Assembly: GCA_043228905.1 (NCBI GenBank)
Contig: JBHGNT010000057.1
Location: 62,001 to 126,000, forward strand
Source: Azolla caroliniana
Taxonomy: Eukaryota; Plantae; Polypodiophyta
Reading direction: 5' to 3'
DNA length: 64,000 nt
Under the pieces are notes generated by a model. That model did not search any database, was not told the origin of the DNA, and worked only from the letters and a program-made list of their open reading frames with translations. A program made the translations under genes and the position numbers. How positions within the stretch are numbered: position 1 is the stretch's first letter; every line of letters starts with the position of its first letter. This document shows positions 50,501 through 64,000 of the stretch, one piece after another.

Positions 50501-53500
50501 TTTTTAATTCCATATCATAGCTAGCGTTGTTAGCTTCGATTCGCATGTTTGAACACAAAAATCCGATATCACACGAGCCAGGTATGAACATTTTAATTTA
50601 CTCAAGGCCTCCTCTCAACTCCCTGCTCAAATTTGGTAATTTCGTCATGTCTCTCGACCTGAGTTTCAAAATCTTGATTTTTTAAGTCCATATCATAGCT
50701 AGCGTTGTTAGCTTCGATTCGCATGTTTGAATACAAAAATCCGATATCACACGAGCCAGGTATGAACATTTTAATTTACTCAAGGGCTCCTTTGAACTCC
50801 CTCCTCAAATGTGGTAATTTCGTCATGTCTCTCGACCTGAGTTTCAAAATCTTGATTTTTTAAGTCCATATCATAGCTAGCGTTGTTAGCTTCGATTCGC
50901 ATGTTTGAACACAAAAAACCGATATCACACTCGCCAGGTATGAACATTTTAATTTACTCAAGGGTTCCTCTCAACTCCCTCCTCAAATGTGGTAATTTCG
51001 TCATGTCTCTCGACCTGAGTTTCAAAATCTTGATTTTTTAATTCCATATCATAGCTAGCGTTGTTAGCTTCGATTCGCATGTTTGAACACAAAAATCCGA
51101 TATCACACTCGCCAGGTATGAACATTTTAATTTACTCAAGGGTTCCTCTCAACTCCCTCCTCAAATTTGGTAATTTCGTCATGTCTCTCGACCTGAGTTT
51201 CAAAATCTTGATTTTTTAATTCCATATCATAGCTAGCGTTGTTAGCTTCGATTCGCATGTTTGAATACAAAAATCCGATATCACACGAGCCAGGTATGAA
51301 CATTTTAATTTACTCAAGGGCTCCTTTGAAGTCCCTCCTCAACTGTGGTAATTTCGTCATGTCTCTCGACCTGAGTTTCAAAATCTTGATATTTTAATTC
51401 CATATCATAGCTAGCGTTGTTAGCTTCGATTCGCATGTTTGAACACAAAAATCCGATATCACACGAGCCAGGTATGAACATTTTAATTTACCTACTAGCT
51501 CTTCTCAAGTCCCTCCTCAAATTATGTAATTTCGTCATGTCTCTCGACCTGAGCTTCAAAATCTTGATTTTTTAATTCCATATCATAGCTAGTGTTGTTA
51601 GCTTCGATTCGCAAGTTTGAACACAAAAATCCGATATCACACGAGCCAGGTATGAACACATTTTAATTTACTCAAGGGCTCCTCTCAACCTCCCTGCTCA
51701 AATTTGGTAATTTCGTCATGTCTCTCGACCTGAGTTTCAAAATCTTGATTTTTTAATTCCATATCATAGCTAGCGTTGTTAGCTTCGATTCGCATGTTTG
51801 AACACAAAAATCCGATATCACACGAGCCAGGTATGAACATTTTAATTTACCTACTAGCTCTTCTCAAGTCCCTCCTCAAATTATGTAATTTCGTCATGTC
51901 TCTCGACCTGAGCTTCAAAATCTTGATTTTTTAATTCCATATCATAGCTAGTGTTGTTAGCTTCGATTCGCAAGTTTGAACACAAAAATCCGATATCACA
52001 CGAGCCAGGTATGAACACATTTTAATTTACTCAAGGGCTCCTCTCAACCTCCCTGCTCAAATTTGGTAATTTCGTCATGTCTCTCGACCTGAGTTTCAAA
52101 ATCTTGATTTTTTAATTCCATATCATAGCTAGCGTTGTTAGCTTCGATTCGCATGTTTGAACACAAAAATCCGATATCACACGAGCCAGGTATGAACATT
52201 TTAATTTACTCAAGGGCTCCTTTGAACTCCCTCCTCAAATGTGGTAATTTCGTCATGTCTCTCGACCTGAGTTTCAAAATCTTGATTTTTTAATTCCATA
52301 TCATAGCTAGCGTTGTTAGCTTCGATTCGCATGTTTGAACACAAAAATCCGATATCACACGAGCCAGGTATGAACATTTTAATTTACTCAAGGCCTCCTC
52401 TCAACTCCCTGCTCAAATTTGGTAATTTCGTCATGTCTCTCGACCTGAGTTTCAAAATCTTGATTTTTTAAGTCCATATCATAGCTAGCGTTGTTAGCTT
52501 CGATTCGCATGTTTGAATACAAAAATCCGATATCACACGAGCCAGGTATGAACATTTTAATTTACTCAAGGGCTCCTTTGAACTCCCTCCTCAAATGTGG
52601 TAATTTCGTCATGTCTCTCGACCTGAGTTTCAAAATCTTGATTTTTTAAATTCCATATCATAGCTAGCGTTGTTGGCTTCGATTCGCATGTTTGAATACA
52701 AAAATCCGATATCACACGAGCCAGGTATGAACATTTTAATTTACTCAAGGGCTCCTTTGAACTCCCTCCTCAAATTATGTAATTTCGTCATGTCTCTCGA
52801 CCTGAGTTTCAAAATCTTAATTTTTTAATTCCAGATGATAGCTAGCGTTGTTAGCTTCGATTCGCTAGTTGGAACACAAAAATCCGATATCACACGAGCC
52901 AAGTATGAACATTTTAATTTACTCAAGGGCTCCTCTCAACTCCCTGCTCAAATTATGTAATTTCGTCATGTCTCTCGACCTGAGTTTCAAAATCTTGATA
53001 TTTTAATTGCATATGATAGCTAGCGTTGTTAGCTTCGATTCGCATGTTTGAACACAAAAATCCGATATCACACTCGCCAGGTATGAACATTTTAATTTAC
53101 TCAAGGGTTCCTCTCAACTCCCTCCTCAAATGTGGTAATTTCGTCATGTCTCTCGACTTGAGTTTTAAAATCTTGATTTTTTAATTCCATATCATAGCTA
53201 GCGTTGTTAGCTTCGATTCGCAAGTTTGAACACAAAAATCCGATATCACACGAGCCAGGTATGAACATTTTAATTTACCTACTAGCTCTTCTCAACTCAT
53301 TCCTCAAATTTGGTAATTTCGTCATGTCTCTCGACCTGAGTTTCAAAATCTTGTTTTTTTAATTCCATATCATAGCTAGCATTGTTATCTTCGATTCGCA
53401 TGTTTGAACACACAAATCCGATATCACACTCGCCAGGTATGAACATTTTAATTTACTCAAGAGCTCTTGTGAACTCCCTCCTCAAATGTGGTAATTTCGT

Positions 53501-56500
53501 CATGTCTCTCGACCTGAGTTTCAAAAGCTTGATTTTTTAATTCCATATCATAGCTAGCGTTGTTAGCTTCGATTCGCATGTTTGAATACAAAAATCCGAT
53601 ATCACACGAGCCAGGTATGAACATTTTAATTTACTCAAGGGCTCCTTTGAACTCCCTCCTCAAATGTGGTAATTTCGTCATGTCTCTCGACCTGAGTTTC
53701 AAAATCTTGATTTTTTAAGTCCATATCATAGCTAGCGTTGTTAGCTTCGATTCGCATGTTTGAACACAAAAATCCGATATCACACGAGCCAGGTATGAAC
53801 ATTTTAATTTACTCAAGGGTTCCTCTCAACTCCCTCCTCAAATTTGGTAATTTCGTCATGTCTCTCGACCTGAGTTTCAAAATCTTGATTTTTTAATTCC
53901 ATATCATAGCTAGCGTTGTTAGCTTCGATTCGCATGTTTGAATACAAAAATCCGATATCACACGAGCCAGGTATGAACATTTTAATTTACTCAAGGGCTC
54001 CTTTGAACTCCCTCCTCAAATGTGGTAATTTCGTCATGTCTCTCGACCTGAGTTTCAAAATCTTGATTTTTTAAATTCCATATCATAGCTAGCGTTGTTG
54101 GCTTCGATTCGCATGTTTGAATACAAAAATCCGATATCACACGAGCCAGGTATGAACATTTTAATTTACTCAAGGGCTCCTTTGAACTCCCTCCTCAAAT
54201 TATGTAATTTCGTCATGTCTCTCGACCTGAGTTTCAAAATCTTAATTTTTTAATTCCAGATGATAGCTAGCGTTGTTAGCTTCGATTCGCTAGTTGGAAC
54301 ACAAAAATCCGATATCACACGAGCCAAGTATGAACATTTTAATTTACTCAAGGGCTCCTCTCAACTCCCTGCTCAAATTATGTAATTTCGTCATGTCTCT
54401 CGACCTGATTTTCAAAATCTTGATATTTTAATTGCATATGATAGCTAGCGTTGTTAGCTTCGATTCGCATGTTTGAACACAAAAATCCGATATCACACTC
54501 GCCAGGTATGAACATTTTAATTTACTCAAGGGTTCCTCTCAACTCCCTCCTCAAATTTGGTAATTTCGTCATGTCTCTCGACTTGAGTTTTAAAATCTTG
54601 ATTTTTTAATTCCATATCATAGCTAGCGTTGTTAGCTTCGATTCGCAAGTTTGAACACAAAAATCCGATATCACACGAGCCAGGTATGAACATTTTAATT
54701 TACCTACTAGCTCTTCTCAACTCATTCCTCAAATTTGGTAATTTCGTCATGTCTCTCGACCTGAGTTTCAAAATCTTGTTTTTTTAATTCCATATCATAG
54801 CTAGCATTGTTATCTTCGATTCGCATGTTTGAACACACAAATCCGATATCACACTCGCCAGGTATGAACATTTTAATTTACTCAAGAGCTCTTGTGAACT
54901 CCCTCCTCAAATGTGGTAATTTCGTCATGTCTCTCGACCTGAGTTTCAAAAGCTTGATTTTTTAATTCCATATCATAGCTAGCGTTGTTAGCTTCGATTC
55001 GCATGTTTGAATACAAAAATCCGATATCACACGAGCCAGGTATGAACATTTTAATTTACTCAAGGGCTCCTTTGAACTCCCTCCTCAAATGTGGTAATTT
55101 CGTCATGTCTCTCGACCTGAGTTTCAAAATCTTGATTTTTTAAGTCCATATCATAGCTAGCGTTGTTAGCTTCGATTCGCATGTTTGAACACAAAAATCC
55201 GATATCACACGAGCCAGGTATGAACATTTTAATTTACTCAAGGGTTCCTCTCAACTCCCTCCTCAAATTTGGTAATTTCGTCATGTCTCTCGACCTGAGT
55301 TTCAAAATCTTGATTTTTTAATTCCATATCATAGCTAGCGTTGTTAGCTTCGATTCGCATGTTTGAATACAAAAATCCGATATCACACGAGCCAGGTATG
55401 AACATTTTAATTTACTCAAGGGCTCCTTTGAACTCCCTCCTCAAATGTGGTAATTTCGTCATGTCTCTCGACCTGAGTTTCAAAATCTTGATTTTTTAAT
55501 TCCATATCATAGCTAGCGTTGTTAGCTTCGATTCGCATGTTTGAACACAAAAAACCGATATCACACTCGCCAGGTATGAACATTTTAATTTACTCAAGGG
55601 TTCCTCTCAACTCCCTCCTCAAATTTGGTAATTTCGTCATGTCTCTCGACCTGAGTTTCAAAATCTTGATTTTTTAATTCCATATCATAGCTAGCGTTGT
55701 TAGCTTCGATTCGCATGTTTGAATACAAAAATCCGATATCACACGAGCCAGGTATGAACATTTTAATTTACTCAAGGGCTCCTTTGAACTCCCTCCTCAA
55801 ATGTGGTAATTTCGTCATGTCTCTCGACCTGAGTTTCAAAATCTTGATTTTTTAATTCCATATCATAGCTAGCGTTGTTAGCTTCGATTCGCATGTTTGA
55901 ACACAAAAATCCGATATCACACGAGCCAGGTATGAACATTTTAATTTACTCAAGGGCTCCTTTGAACTCCCTCCTCAAATGTGGTAATTTCGTCATGTCT
56001 CTCGACCTGAGTTTCATAATCTTGATTTTTTAATTCCATATCATAGCTAGCGTTGTTAGCTTCGATTCGCATGTTTGAACACAAAAATCCGATATCACAC
56101 GAGCCAGGTATGAACATTTTAATTTACTCAAGGCCTCCTCTCAACTCCCTGCTCAAATTTGGTAATTTCGTCATGTCTCTCGACCTGAGTTTCAAAATCT
56201 TGATTTTTTAAGTCCATATCATAGCTAGCGTTGTTAGCTTCGATTCGCATGTTTGAATACAAAAATCCGATATCACACGAGCCAGGTATGAACATTTTAA
56301 TTTACTCAAGGGCTCCTTTGAACTCCCTCCTCAAATGTGGTAATTTCGTCATGTCTCTCGACCTGAGTTTCAAAATCTTGATTTTTTAAGTCCATATCAT
56401 AGCTAGCGTTGTTAGCTTCGATTCGCATGTTTGAACACAAAAAACCGATATCACACTCGCCAGGTATGAACATTTTAATTTACTCAAGGGTTCCTCTCAA

Positions 56501-56580
56501 CTCCCTCCTCAAATTTGGTAATTTCGTCATGTCTCTCGACCTGAGTTTCAAAATCTTGATTTTTTAATTCCATATCATAG
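41600..56580. repeat. Tandem duplication of a 42-monomer block (7487 bp) containing a nested 8-monomer (1425 bp) duplication
   Basis: ORF-track pairs 42222/49709, 45079/52566 and 46504/53991, and private variants TGTAAGC (41614, 49101) and GTTTCATAAT (48524, 56011), are all 7487 bp apart. The pairs 45079/46504 and 52566/53991 are 1425 bp apart. Confidence 0.9.
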
Positions 56581-58949
56581 CTAGCGTTGTTAGCTTCGAT
56601 TCGCATGTTTGAATACAAAAATCCGATATCACACGAGCCAGGTATGAACATTTTAATTTACTCAAGGGCTCCTTTGAACTCCCTCCTCAAATGTGGTAAT
56701 TTCGTCATGTCTCTCGACCTGAGTTTCAAAATCTTGATTTTTTAAATTCCATATCATAGCTAGCGTTGTTGGCTTCGATTCGCATGTTTGAATACAAAAA
56801 TCCGATATCACACGAGCCAGGTATGAACATTTTAATTTACTCAAGGGCTCCTTTGAACTCCCTCCTCAAATTATGTAATTTCGTCATGTCTCTCGACCTG
56901 AGTTTCAAAATCTTAATTTTTTAATTCCAGATGATAGCTAGCGTTGTTAGCTTCGATTCGCTAGTTGGAACACAAAAATCCGATATCACACGAGCCAAGT
57001 ATGAACATTTTAATTTACTCAAGGGCTCCTCTCAACTCCCTGCTCAAATTATGTAATTTCGTCATGTCTCTCGACCTGAGTTTCAAAATCTTGATATTTT
57101 AATTGCATATGATAGCTAGCGTTGTTAGCTTCGATTCGCATGTTTGAACACAAAAATCCGATATCACACTCGCCAGGTATGAACATTTTAATTTACTCAA
57201 GGGTTCCTCTCAACTCCCTCCTCAAATTTGGTAATTTCGTCATGTCTCTCGACTTGAGTTTTAAAATCTTGATTTTTTAATTCCATATCATAGCTAGCGT
57301 TGTTAGCTTCGATTCGCAAGTTTGAACACAAAAATCCGATATCACACGAGCCAGGTATGAACATTTTAATTTACCTACTAGCTCTTCTCAACTCATTCCT
57401 CAAATTTGGTAATTTCGTCATGTCTCTCGACCTGAGTTTCAAAATCTTGTTTTTTTAATTCCATATCATAGCTAGCATTGTTATCTTCGATTCGCATGTT
57501 TGAACACACAAATCCGATATCACACTCGCCAGGTATGAACATTTTAATTTACTCAAGAGCTCTTGTGAACTCCCTCCTCAAATGTGGTAATTTCGTCATG
57601 TCTCTCGACCTGAGTTTCAAAAGCTTGATTTTTTAATTCCATATCATAGCTAGCGTTGTTAGCTTCGATTCGCATGTTTGAATACAAAAATCCGATATCA
57701 CACGAGCCAGGTATGAACATTTTAATTTACTCAAGGGCTCCTTTGAACTCCCTCCTCAAATGTGGTAATTTCGTCATGTCTCTCGACCTGAGTTTCAAAA
57801 TCTTGATTTTTTAAGTCCATATCATAGCTAGCGTTGTTAGCTTCGATTCGCATGTTTGAACACAAAAATCCGATATCACACGAGCCAGGTATGAACATTT
57901 TAATTTACTCAAGGGTTCCTCTCAACTCCCTCCTCAAATTTGGTAATTTCGTCATGTCTCTCGACCTGAGTTTCAAAATCTTGATTTTTTAATTCCATAT
58001 CATAGCTAGCGTTGTTAGCTTCGATTCGCATGTTTGAATACAAAAATCCGATATCACACGAGCCAGGTATGAACATTTTAATTTACTCAAGGGCTCCTTT
58101 GAAGTCCCTCCTCAACTGTGGTAATTTCGTCATGTCTCTCGACCTGAGTTTCAGAATCTTGATTTTTTAAGTCCATATCATAGCTAGCGTTGTTAGCTTC
58201 GATTCGCATGTTTGAACACAAAAAACCGATATCACACTCGCCAGGTATGAACATTTTAATTTACTCAAGGGTTCCTCTCAACTCCCTCCTCAAATTTGGT
58301 AATTTCGTCATGTCTCTCGACCTGAGTTTCAAAATCTTGATTTTTTAATTCCATATCATAGCTAGCGTTGTTAGCTTCGATTCGCATGTTTGAATACAAA
58401 AATCCGATATCACACGAGCCAGGTATGAACATTTTAATTTACTCAAGGGCTCCTTTGAACTCCCTCCTCAAATGTGGTAATTTCGTCATGTCTCTCGACC
58501 TGAGTTTCAAAATCTTGATTTTTTAAATTCCATATCATAGCTAGCGTTGTTGGCTTCGATTCGCATGTTTGAATACAAAAATCCGATATCACACGAGCCA
58601 GGTATGAACATTTTAATTTACTCAAGGGCTCCTTTGAACTCCCTCCTCAAATTATGTAATTTCGTCATGTCTCTCGACCTGAGTTTCAAAATCTTAATTT
58701 TTTAATTCCAGATGATAGCTAGCGTTGTTAGCTTCGATTCGCTAGTTGGAACACAAAAATCCGATATCACACGAGCCAAGTATGAACATTTTAATTTACT
58801 CAAGGGCTCCTCTCAACTCCCTGCTCAAATTATGTAATTTCGTCATGTCTCTCGACCTGAGTTTCAAAATCTTGATATTTTAATTGCATATGATAGCTAG
58901 CGTTGTTAGCTTCGATTCGCAAGTTTGAACACAAAAATCCGATATCACA

Positions 58950-61900
58950 CGAGCCAGGTATGAACATTTTAATTTACTCAAGGCCTCCTCTCAACTCCCT
59001 GCTCAAATTTGGTAATTTCGTCATGTCTCTCGACCTGAGTTTCAAAATCTTGATTTTTTAAGTCCATATCATAGCTAGCGTTGTTAGCTTCGATTCGCAT
59101 GTTTGAATACAAAAATCCGATATCACACGAGCCAGGTATGAACATTTTAATTTACTCAAGGGCTCCTTTGAACTCCCTCCTCAAATGTGGTAATTTCGTC
59201 ATGTCTCTCGACCTGAGTTTCAAAATCTTGATTTTTTAAGTCCATATCATAGCTAGCGTTGTTAGCTTCGATTCGCATGTTTGAACACAAAAAACCGATA
59301 TCACACTCGCCAGGTATGAACATTTTAATTTACTCAAGGGTTCCTCTCAACTCCCTCCTCAAATTTGGTAATTTCGTCATGTCTCTCGACCGGAGTTTCA
59401 AAATCTTGATTTTTTAATTCCATATCATAGCTAGCGTTGTTAGCTTCGATTCGCATGTTTGAATACAAAAATCCGATATCACACGAGCCAGGTATGAACA
59501 TTTTAATTTACTCAAGGGCTCCTTTGAACTCCCTCCTCAAATGTGGTAATTTCGTCATGTCTCTCGACCTGAGTTTCAAAATCTTGATTTTTTAAATTCC
59601 ATATCATAGCTAGCGTTGTTGGCTTCGATTCGCATGTTTGAATACAAAAATCCGATATCACACGAGCCAGGTATGAACATTTTAATTTACTCAAGGGCTC
59701 CTTTGAACTCCCTCCTCAAATTATGTAATTTCGTCATGTCTCTCGACCTGAGTTTCAAAATCTTAATTTTTTAATTCCAGATGATAGCTAGCGTTGTTCG
59801 CTTCGATTCGCTAGTTGGAACACAAAAATCCGATATCACACGAGCCAAGTATGAACATTTTAATTTACTCAAGGGCTCCTCTCAACTCCCTGCTCAAATT
59901 ATGTAATTTCGTCATGTCTCTCGACCTGATTTTCAAAATCTTGATATTTTAATTGCATATGATAGCTAGCGTTGTTAGCTTCGATTCGCATGTTTGAACA
60001 CAAAAATCCGATATCACACTCGCCAGGTATGAACATTTTAATTTACTCAAGGGTTCCTCTCAACTCCCTCCTCAAATTTGGTAATTTCGTCATGTCTCTC
60101 GACTTGAGTTTTAAAATCTTGATTTTTTAATTCCATATCATAGCTAGCGTTGTTAGCTTCGATTCGCAAGTTTGAACACAAAAATCCGATATCACACGAG
60201 CCAGGTATGAACATATTTTAATTTACTCAAGGGCTCCTCTCAACTGAGTCCTCAAATTTGGTAATTTCGTCATGTCTCTCGACCTGAGTTTCAAAATCTT
60301 GATTTTTTAATTCCATATCATAGCTAGCGTTGTTAGCTTCGATTCGCAAGTTTGAACACAAAAATCCGATATCACACGAGCCAGGTATGAACATTTTAAT
60401 TTACCTACTAGCTCTTCTCAACTCATTCCTCAAATTTGGTAATTTCGTCATGTCTCTCGACCTGAGTTTCAAAATCTTGTTTTTTTAATTCCATATCATA
60501 GCTAGCATTGTTATCTTCGATTCGCATGTTTGAACACACAAATCCGATATCACACTCGCCAGGTATGAACATTTTAATTTACTCAAGAGCTCTTGTGAAC
60601 TCCCTCCTCAAATGTGGTAATTTCGTCATGTCTCTCGACCTGAGTTTCAAAAGCTTGATTTTTTAATTCCATATCATAGCTAGCGTTGTTAGCTTCGATT
60701 CGCATGTTTGAATACAAAAATCCGATATCACACGAGCCAGGTATGAACATTTTAATTTACTCAAGGGCTCCTTTGAACTCCCTCCTCAAATGTGGTAATT
60801 TCGTCATGTCTCTCGACCTGAGTTTCAAAATCTTGATTTTTTAAGTCCATATCATAGCTAGCGTTGTTAGCTTCGATTCGCATGTTTGAATACAAAAATC
60901 CGATATCACACGAGCCAGGTATGAACATTTTAATTTACTCAAGGGCTCCTTTGAACTCCCTCCTCAAATGTGGTAATTTCGTCATGTCTCTCGACCTGAG
61001 TTTCAGAATCTTGATTTTTTAAGTCCATATCATAGCTAGCGTTGTTAGCTTCGATTCGCATGTTTGAACACAAAAATCCGATATCACACGAGCCAGGTAT
61101 GAACATTTTAATTTACCTACTAGCTCTTCTCAAGTCCCTCCTCAAATTATGTAATTTCGTCATGTCTCTCGACCTGAGCTTCAAAATCTTGATTTTTTAA
61201 TTCCATATCATAGCTAGTGTTGTTAGCTTCGATTCGCAAGTTTGAACACAAAAATCCGATATCACACGAGCCAGGTATGAACACATTTTAATTTACTCAA
61301 GGGCTCCTCTCAACCTCCCTGCTCAAATTTGGTAATTTCGTCATGTCTCTCGACCTGAGTTTCAAAATCTTGATTTTTTAAGTCCATATCATAGCTAGCG
61401 TTGTTAGCTTCGATTCGCATGTTTGAATACAAAAATCCGATATCACACGAGCCAGGTATGAACATTTTAATTTACTCAAGGGCTCCTTTGAACTCCCTCC
61501 TCAAATGTGGTAATTTCGTCATGTCTCTCGACCTGAGTTTCAAAATCTTGATTTTTTAAATTCCATATCATAGCTAGCGTTGTTGGCTTCGATTCGCATG
61601 TTTGAATACAAAAATCCGATATCACACGAGCCAGGTATGAACATTTTAATTTACTCAAGGGCTCCTTTGAACTCCCTCCTCAAATGTGGTAATTTCGTCA
61701 TGTCTCTCGACCTGAGTTTCAAAATCTTGATTTTTTAATTCCATATCATAGCTAGCGTTGTTAGCTTCGATTCGCATGTTTGAACACAAAAATCCGATAT
61801 CACACGAGCCAGGTATGAACATTTTAATTTACTCAAGGGCTCCTTTGAACTCCCTCCTCAAATGTGGTAATTTCGTCATGTCTCTCGACCTGAGTTTCAA

Positions 61901-64000
61901 AATCTTGATTTTTTAATTCCATATCATAGCTAGCGTTGTTAGCTTCGATTCGCATGTTTGAACACAAAAATCCGATATCACACGAGCCAGGTATGAACAT
62001 TTTAATTTACTCAAGGCCTCCTCTCAACTCCCTGCTCAAATTTGGTAATTTCGTCATGTCTCTCGACCTGAGTTTCAAAATCTTGATTTTTTAAGTCCAT
62101 ATCATAGCTAGCGTTGTTAGCTTCGATTCGCATGTTTGAATACAAAAATCCGATATCACACGAGCCAGGTATGAACATTTTAATTTACTCAAGGGCTCCT
62201 TTGAACTCCCTCCTCAAATGTGGTAATTTCGTCATGTCTCTCGACCTGAGTTTCAAAATCTTGATTTTTTAAGTCCATATCATAGCTAGCGTTGTTAGCT
62301 TCGATTCGCATGTTTGAACACAAAAAACCGATATCACACTCGCCAGGTATGAACATTTTAATTTACTCAAGGGTTCCTCTCAACTCCCTCCTCAAATTTG
62401 GTAATTTCGTCATGTCTCTCGACCGGAGTTTCAAAATCTTGATTTTTTAATTCCATATCATAGCTAGCGTTGTTAGCTTCGATTCGCATGTTTGAATACA
62501 AAAATCCGATATCACACGAGCCAGGTATGAACATTTTAATTTACTCAAGGGCTCCTTTGAACTCCCTCCTCAAATGTGGTAATTTCGTCATGTCTCTCGA
62601 CCTGAGTTTCAAAATCTTGATTTTTTAAATTCCATATCATAGCTAGCGTTGTTGGCTTCGATTCGCATGTTTGAATACAAAAATCCGATATCACACGAGC
62701 CAGGTATGAACATTTTAATTTACTCAAGGGCTCCTTTGAACTCCCTCCTCAAATTATGTAATTTCGTCATGTCTCTCGACCTGAGTTTCAAAATCTTAAT
62801 TTTTTAATTCCAGATGATAGCTAGCGTTGTTCGCTTCGATTCGCTAGTTGGAACACAAAAATCCGATATCACACGAGCCAAGTATGAACATTTTAATTTA
62901 CTCAAGGGCTCCTCTCAACTCCCTGCTCAAATTATGTAATTTCGTCATGTCTCTCGACCTGATTTTCAAAATCTTGATATTTTAATTGCATATGATAGCT
63001 AGCGTTGTTAGCTTCGATTCGCATGTTTGAACACAAAAATCCGATATCACACTCGCCAGGTATGAACATTTTAATTTACTCAAGGGTTCCTCTCAACTCC
63101 CTCCTCAAATTTGGTAATTTCGTCATGTCTCTCGACTTGAGTTTTAAAATCTTGATTTTTTAATTCCATATCATAGCTAGCGTTGTTAGCTTCGATTCGC
63201 AAGTTTGAACACAAAAATCCGATATCACACGAGCCAGGTATGAACATATTTTAATTTACTCAAGGGCTCCTCTCAACTGAGTCCTCAAATTTGGTAATTT
63301 CGTCATGTCTCTCGACCTGAGTTTCAAAATCTTGATTTTTTAATTCCATATCATAGCTAGCGTTGTTAGCTTCGATTCGCAAGTTTGAACACAAAAATCC
63401 GATATCACACGAGCCAGGTATGAACATTTTAATTTACCTACTAGCTCTTCTCAACTCATTCCTCAAATTTGGTAATTTCGTCATGTCTCTCGACCTGAGT
63501 TTCAAAATCTTGTTTTTTTAATTCCATATCATAGCTAGCATTGTTATCTTCGATTCGCATGTTTGAACACACAAATCCGATATCACACTCGCCAGGTATG
63601 AACATTTTAATTTACTCAAGAGCTCTTGTGAACTCCCTCCTCAAATGTGGTAATTTCGTCATGTCTCTCGACCTGAGTTTCAAAAGCTTGATTTTTTAAT
63701 TCCATATCATAGCTAGCGTTGTTAGCTTCGATTCGCATGTTTGAATACAAAAATCCGATATCACACGAGCCAGGTATGAACATTTTAATTTACTCAAGGG
63801 CTCCTTTGAACTCCCTCCTCAAATGTGGTAATTTCGTCATGTCTCTCGACCTGAGTTTCAAAATCTTGATTTTTTAAGTCCATATCATAGCTAGCGTTGT
63901 TAGCTTCGATTCGCATGTTTGAACACAAAAATCCGATATCACACGAGCCAGGTATGAACATTTTAATTTACTCAAGGGTTCCTCTCAACTCCCTCCTCAA
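58950..64000. repeat. Block repeated at 17-monomer spacing (3033 bp); the second copy runs off the window
   Basis: Private variants CGGAGTTTC (59391, 62424) and CAACTGAGTC (60241, 63274), and the ORF pair 59512/62545, are 3033 bp apart. Confidence 0.85.

Larger units (their letters stand above)
4338..64000. repeat. Tandem satellite array, 178-bp monomer (179/180/181-bp variants), about 334 copies, single orientation, continuing past the window end
   Basis: GCCAGGTATG recurs at 4433 and 4611 (period 178) and throughout. Approximate consensus: ACCTGAGTTTCAAAATCTTGATTTTTTAATTCCATATCATAGCTAGCGTTGTTAGCTTCGATTCGCATGTTTGAACACAAAAATCCGATATCACACGAGCCAGGTATGAACATTTTAATTTACTCAAGGGCTCCTCTCAACTCCCTCCTCAAATTTGGTAATTTCGTCATGTCTCTCG. 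Most monomers carry NheI (GCTAGC) and EcoRV (GATATC) sites. A centromeric role is suggested only by the nucleosome-scale monomer length. Confidence 0.98.

Noticed and set aside
20609-62727. Repeated 60-74 aa ORFs (MSKLKCSY..., MLASIRMF..., MLALIRKF...) in the satellite
   Set aside because: They are chance read-throughs created by single variants (a 1-bp insertion or a lost stop) in satellite monomers. They have non-ATG starts and no recognisable domains, and are useful only as duplication markers.
4338-64000. CRISPR-like array (constant part plus variable part)
   Set aside because: The variable segments are homologous alleles of one sequence rather than unique spacers, the unit is 178 bp, there are no cas genes, and the context is eukaryotic.
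4338-64000. Identity with the Arabidopsis CEN178 satellite
   Set aside because: The monomer length is the same and one variant has a short AAGTCCATAT word, but I cannot recognise overall similarity to that consensus. A BLAST search would be needed to assign the family.
4338-64000. Hammerhead ribozyme, tRNA/5S or U1 snRNA origin of the monomer (ATACCTGGC on minus, CAGGTATGA splice-donor-like on plus)
   Set aside because: There is no CUGANGA/GAAA core on either strand and no cloverleaf or 5S boxes. The U1-like and donor-like match is only ~9 nt and is expected by chance.

Overview
This is a eukaryotic window in two parts. Bases 1-~4337 (minus strand) hold a 5'-truncated Penelope-like retroelement (PLE). 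It has a low-complexity Pro/Asn/His/Gln-rich ORF1 and an uninterrupted PLE-type reverse transcriptase that ends with no GIY-YIG endonuclease, followed by a pyrimidine-rich 3' region. Bases ~4338-64000 are one head-to-tail array of about 334 copies of a 178-bp satellite, with local higher-order duplications of 8, 10, 14, 17, 26 and 42 monomers. The strongest signal is at the ORF1/RT junction, which looks like a complete programmed -1 ribosomal frameshift cassette. It has the slippery heptamer A AAA AAC, a short spacer containing the ORF1 UAG, a 9-10 bp stem with a possible pseudoknot, and a -1 frame that is open straight into RT. The element's antisense strand is G/T-rich with TTAGGG-like words, as in telomere-associated EN-minus PLEs, yet its truncated 5' end is fused to the satellite rather than to telomeric repeats. 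The host organism and the chromosomal position (centromere or subtelomere) cannot be determined from this window. All counts and spacings were worked out by hand.
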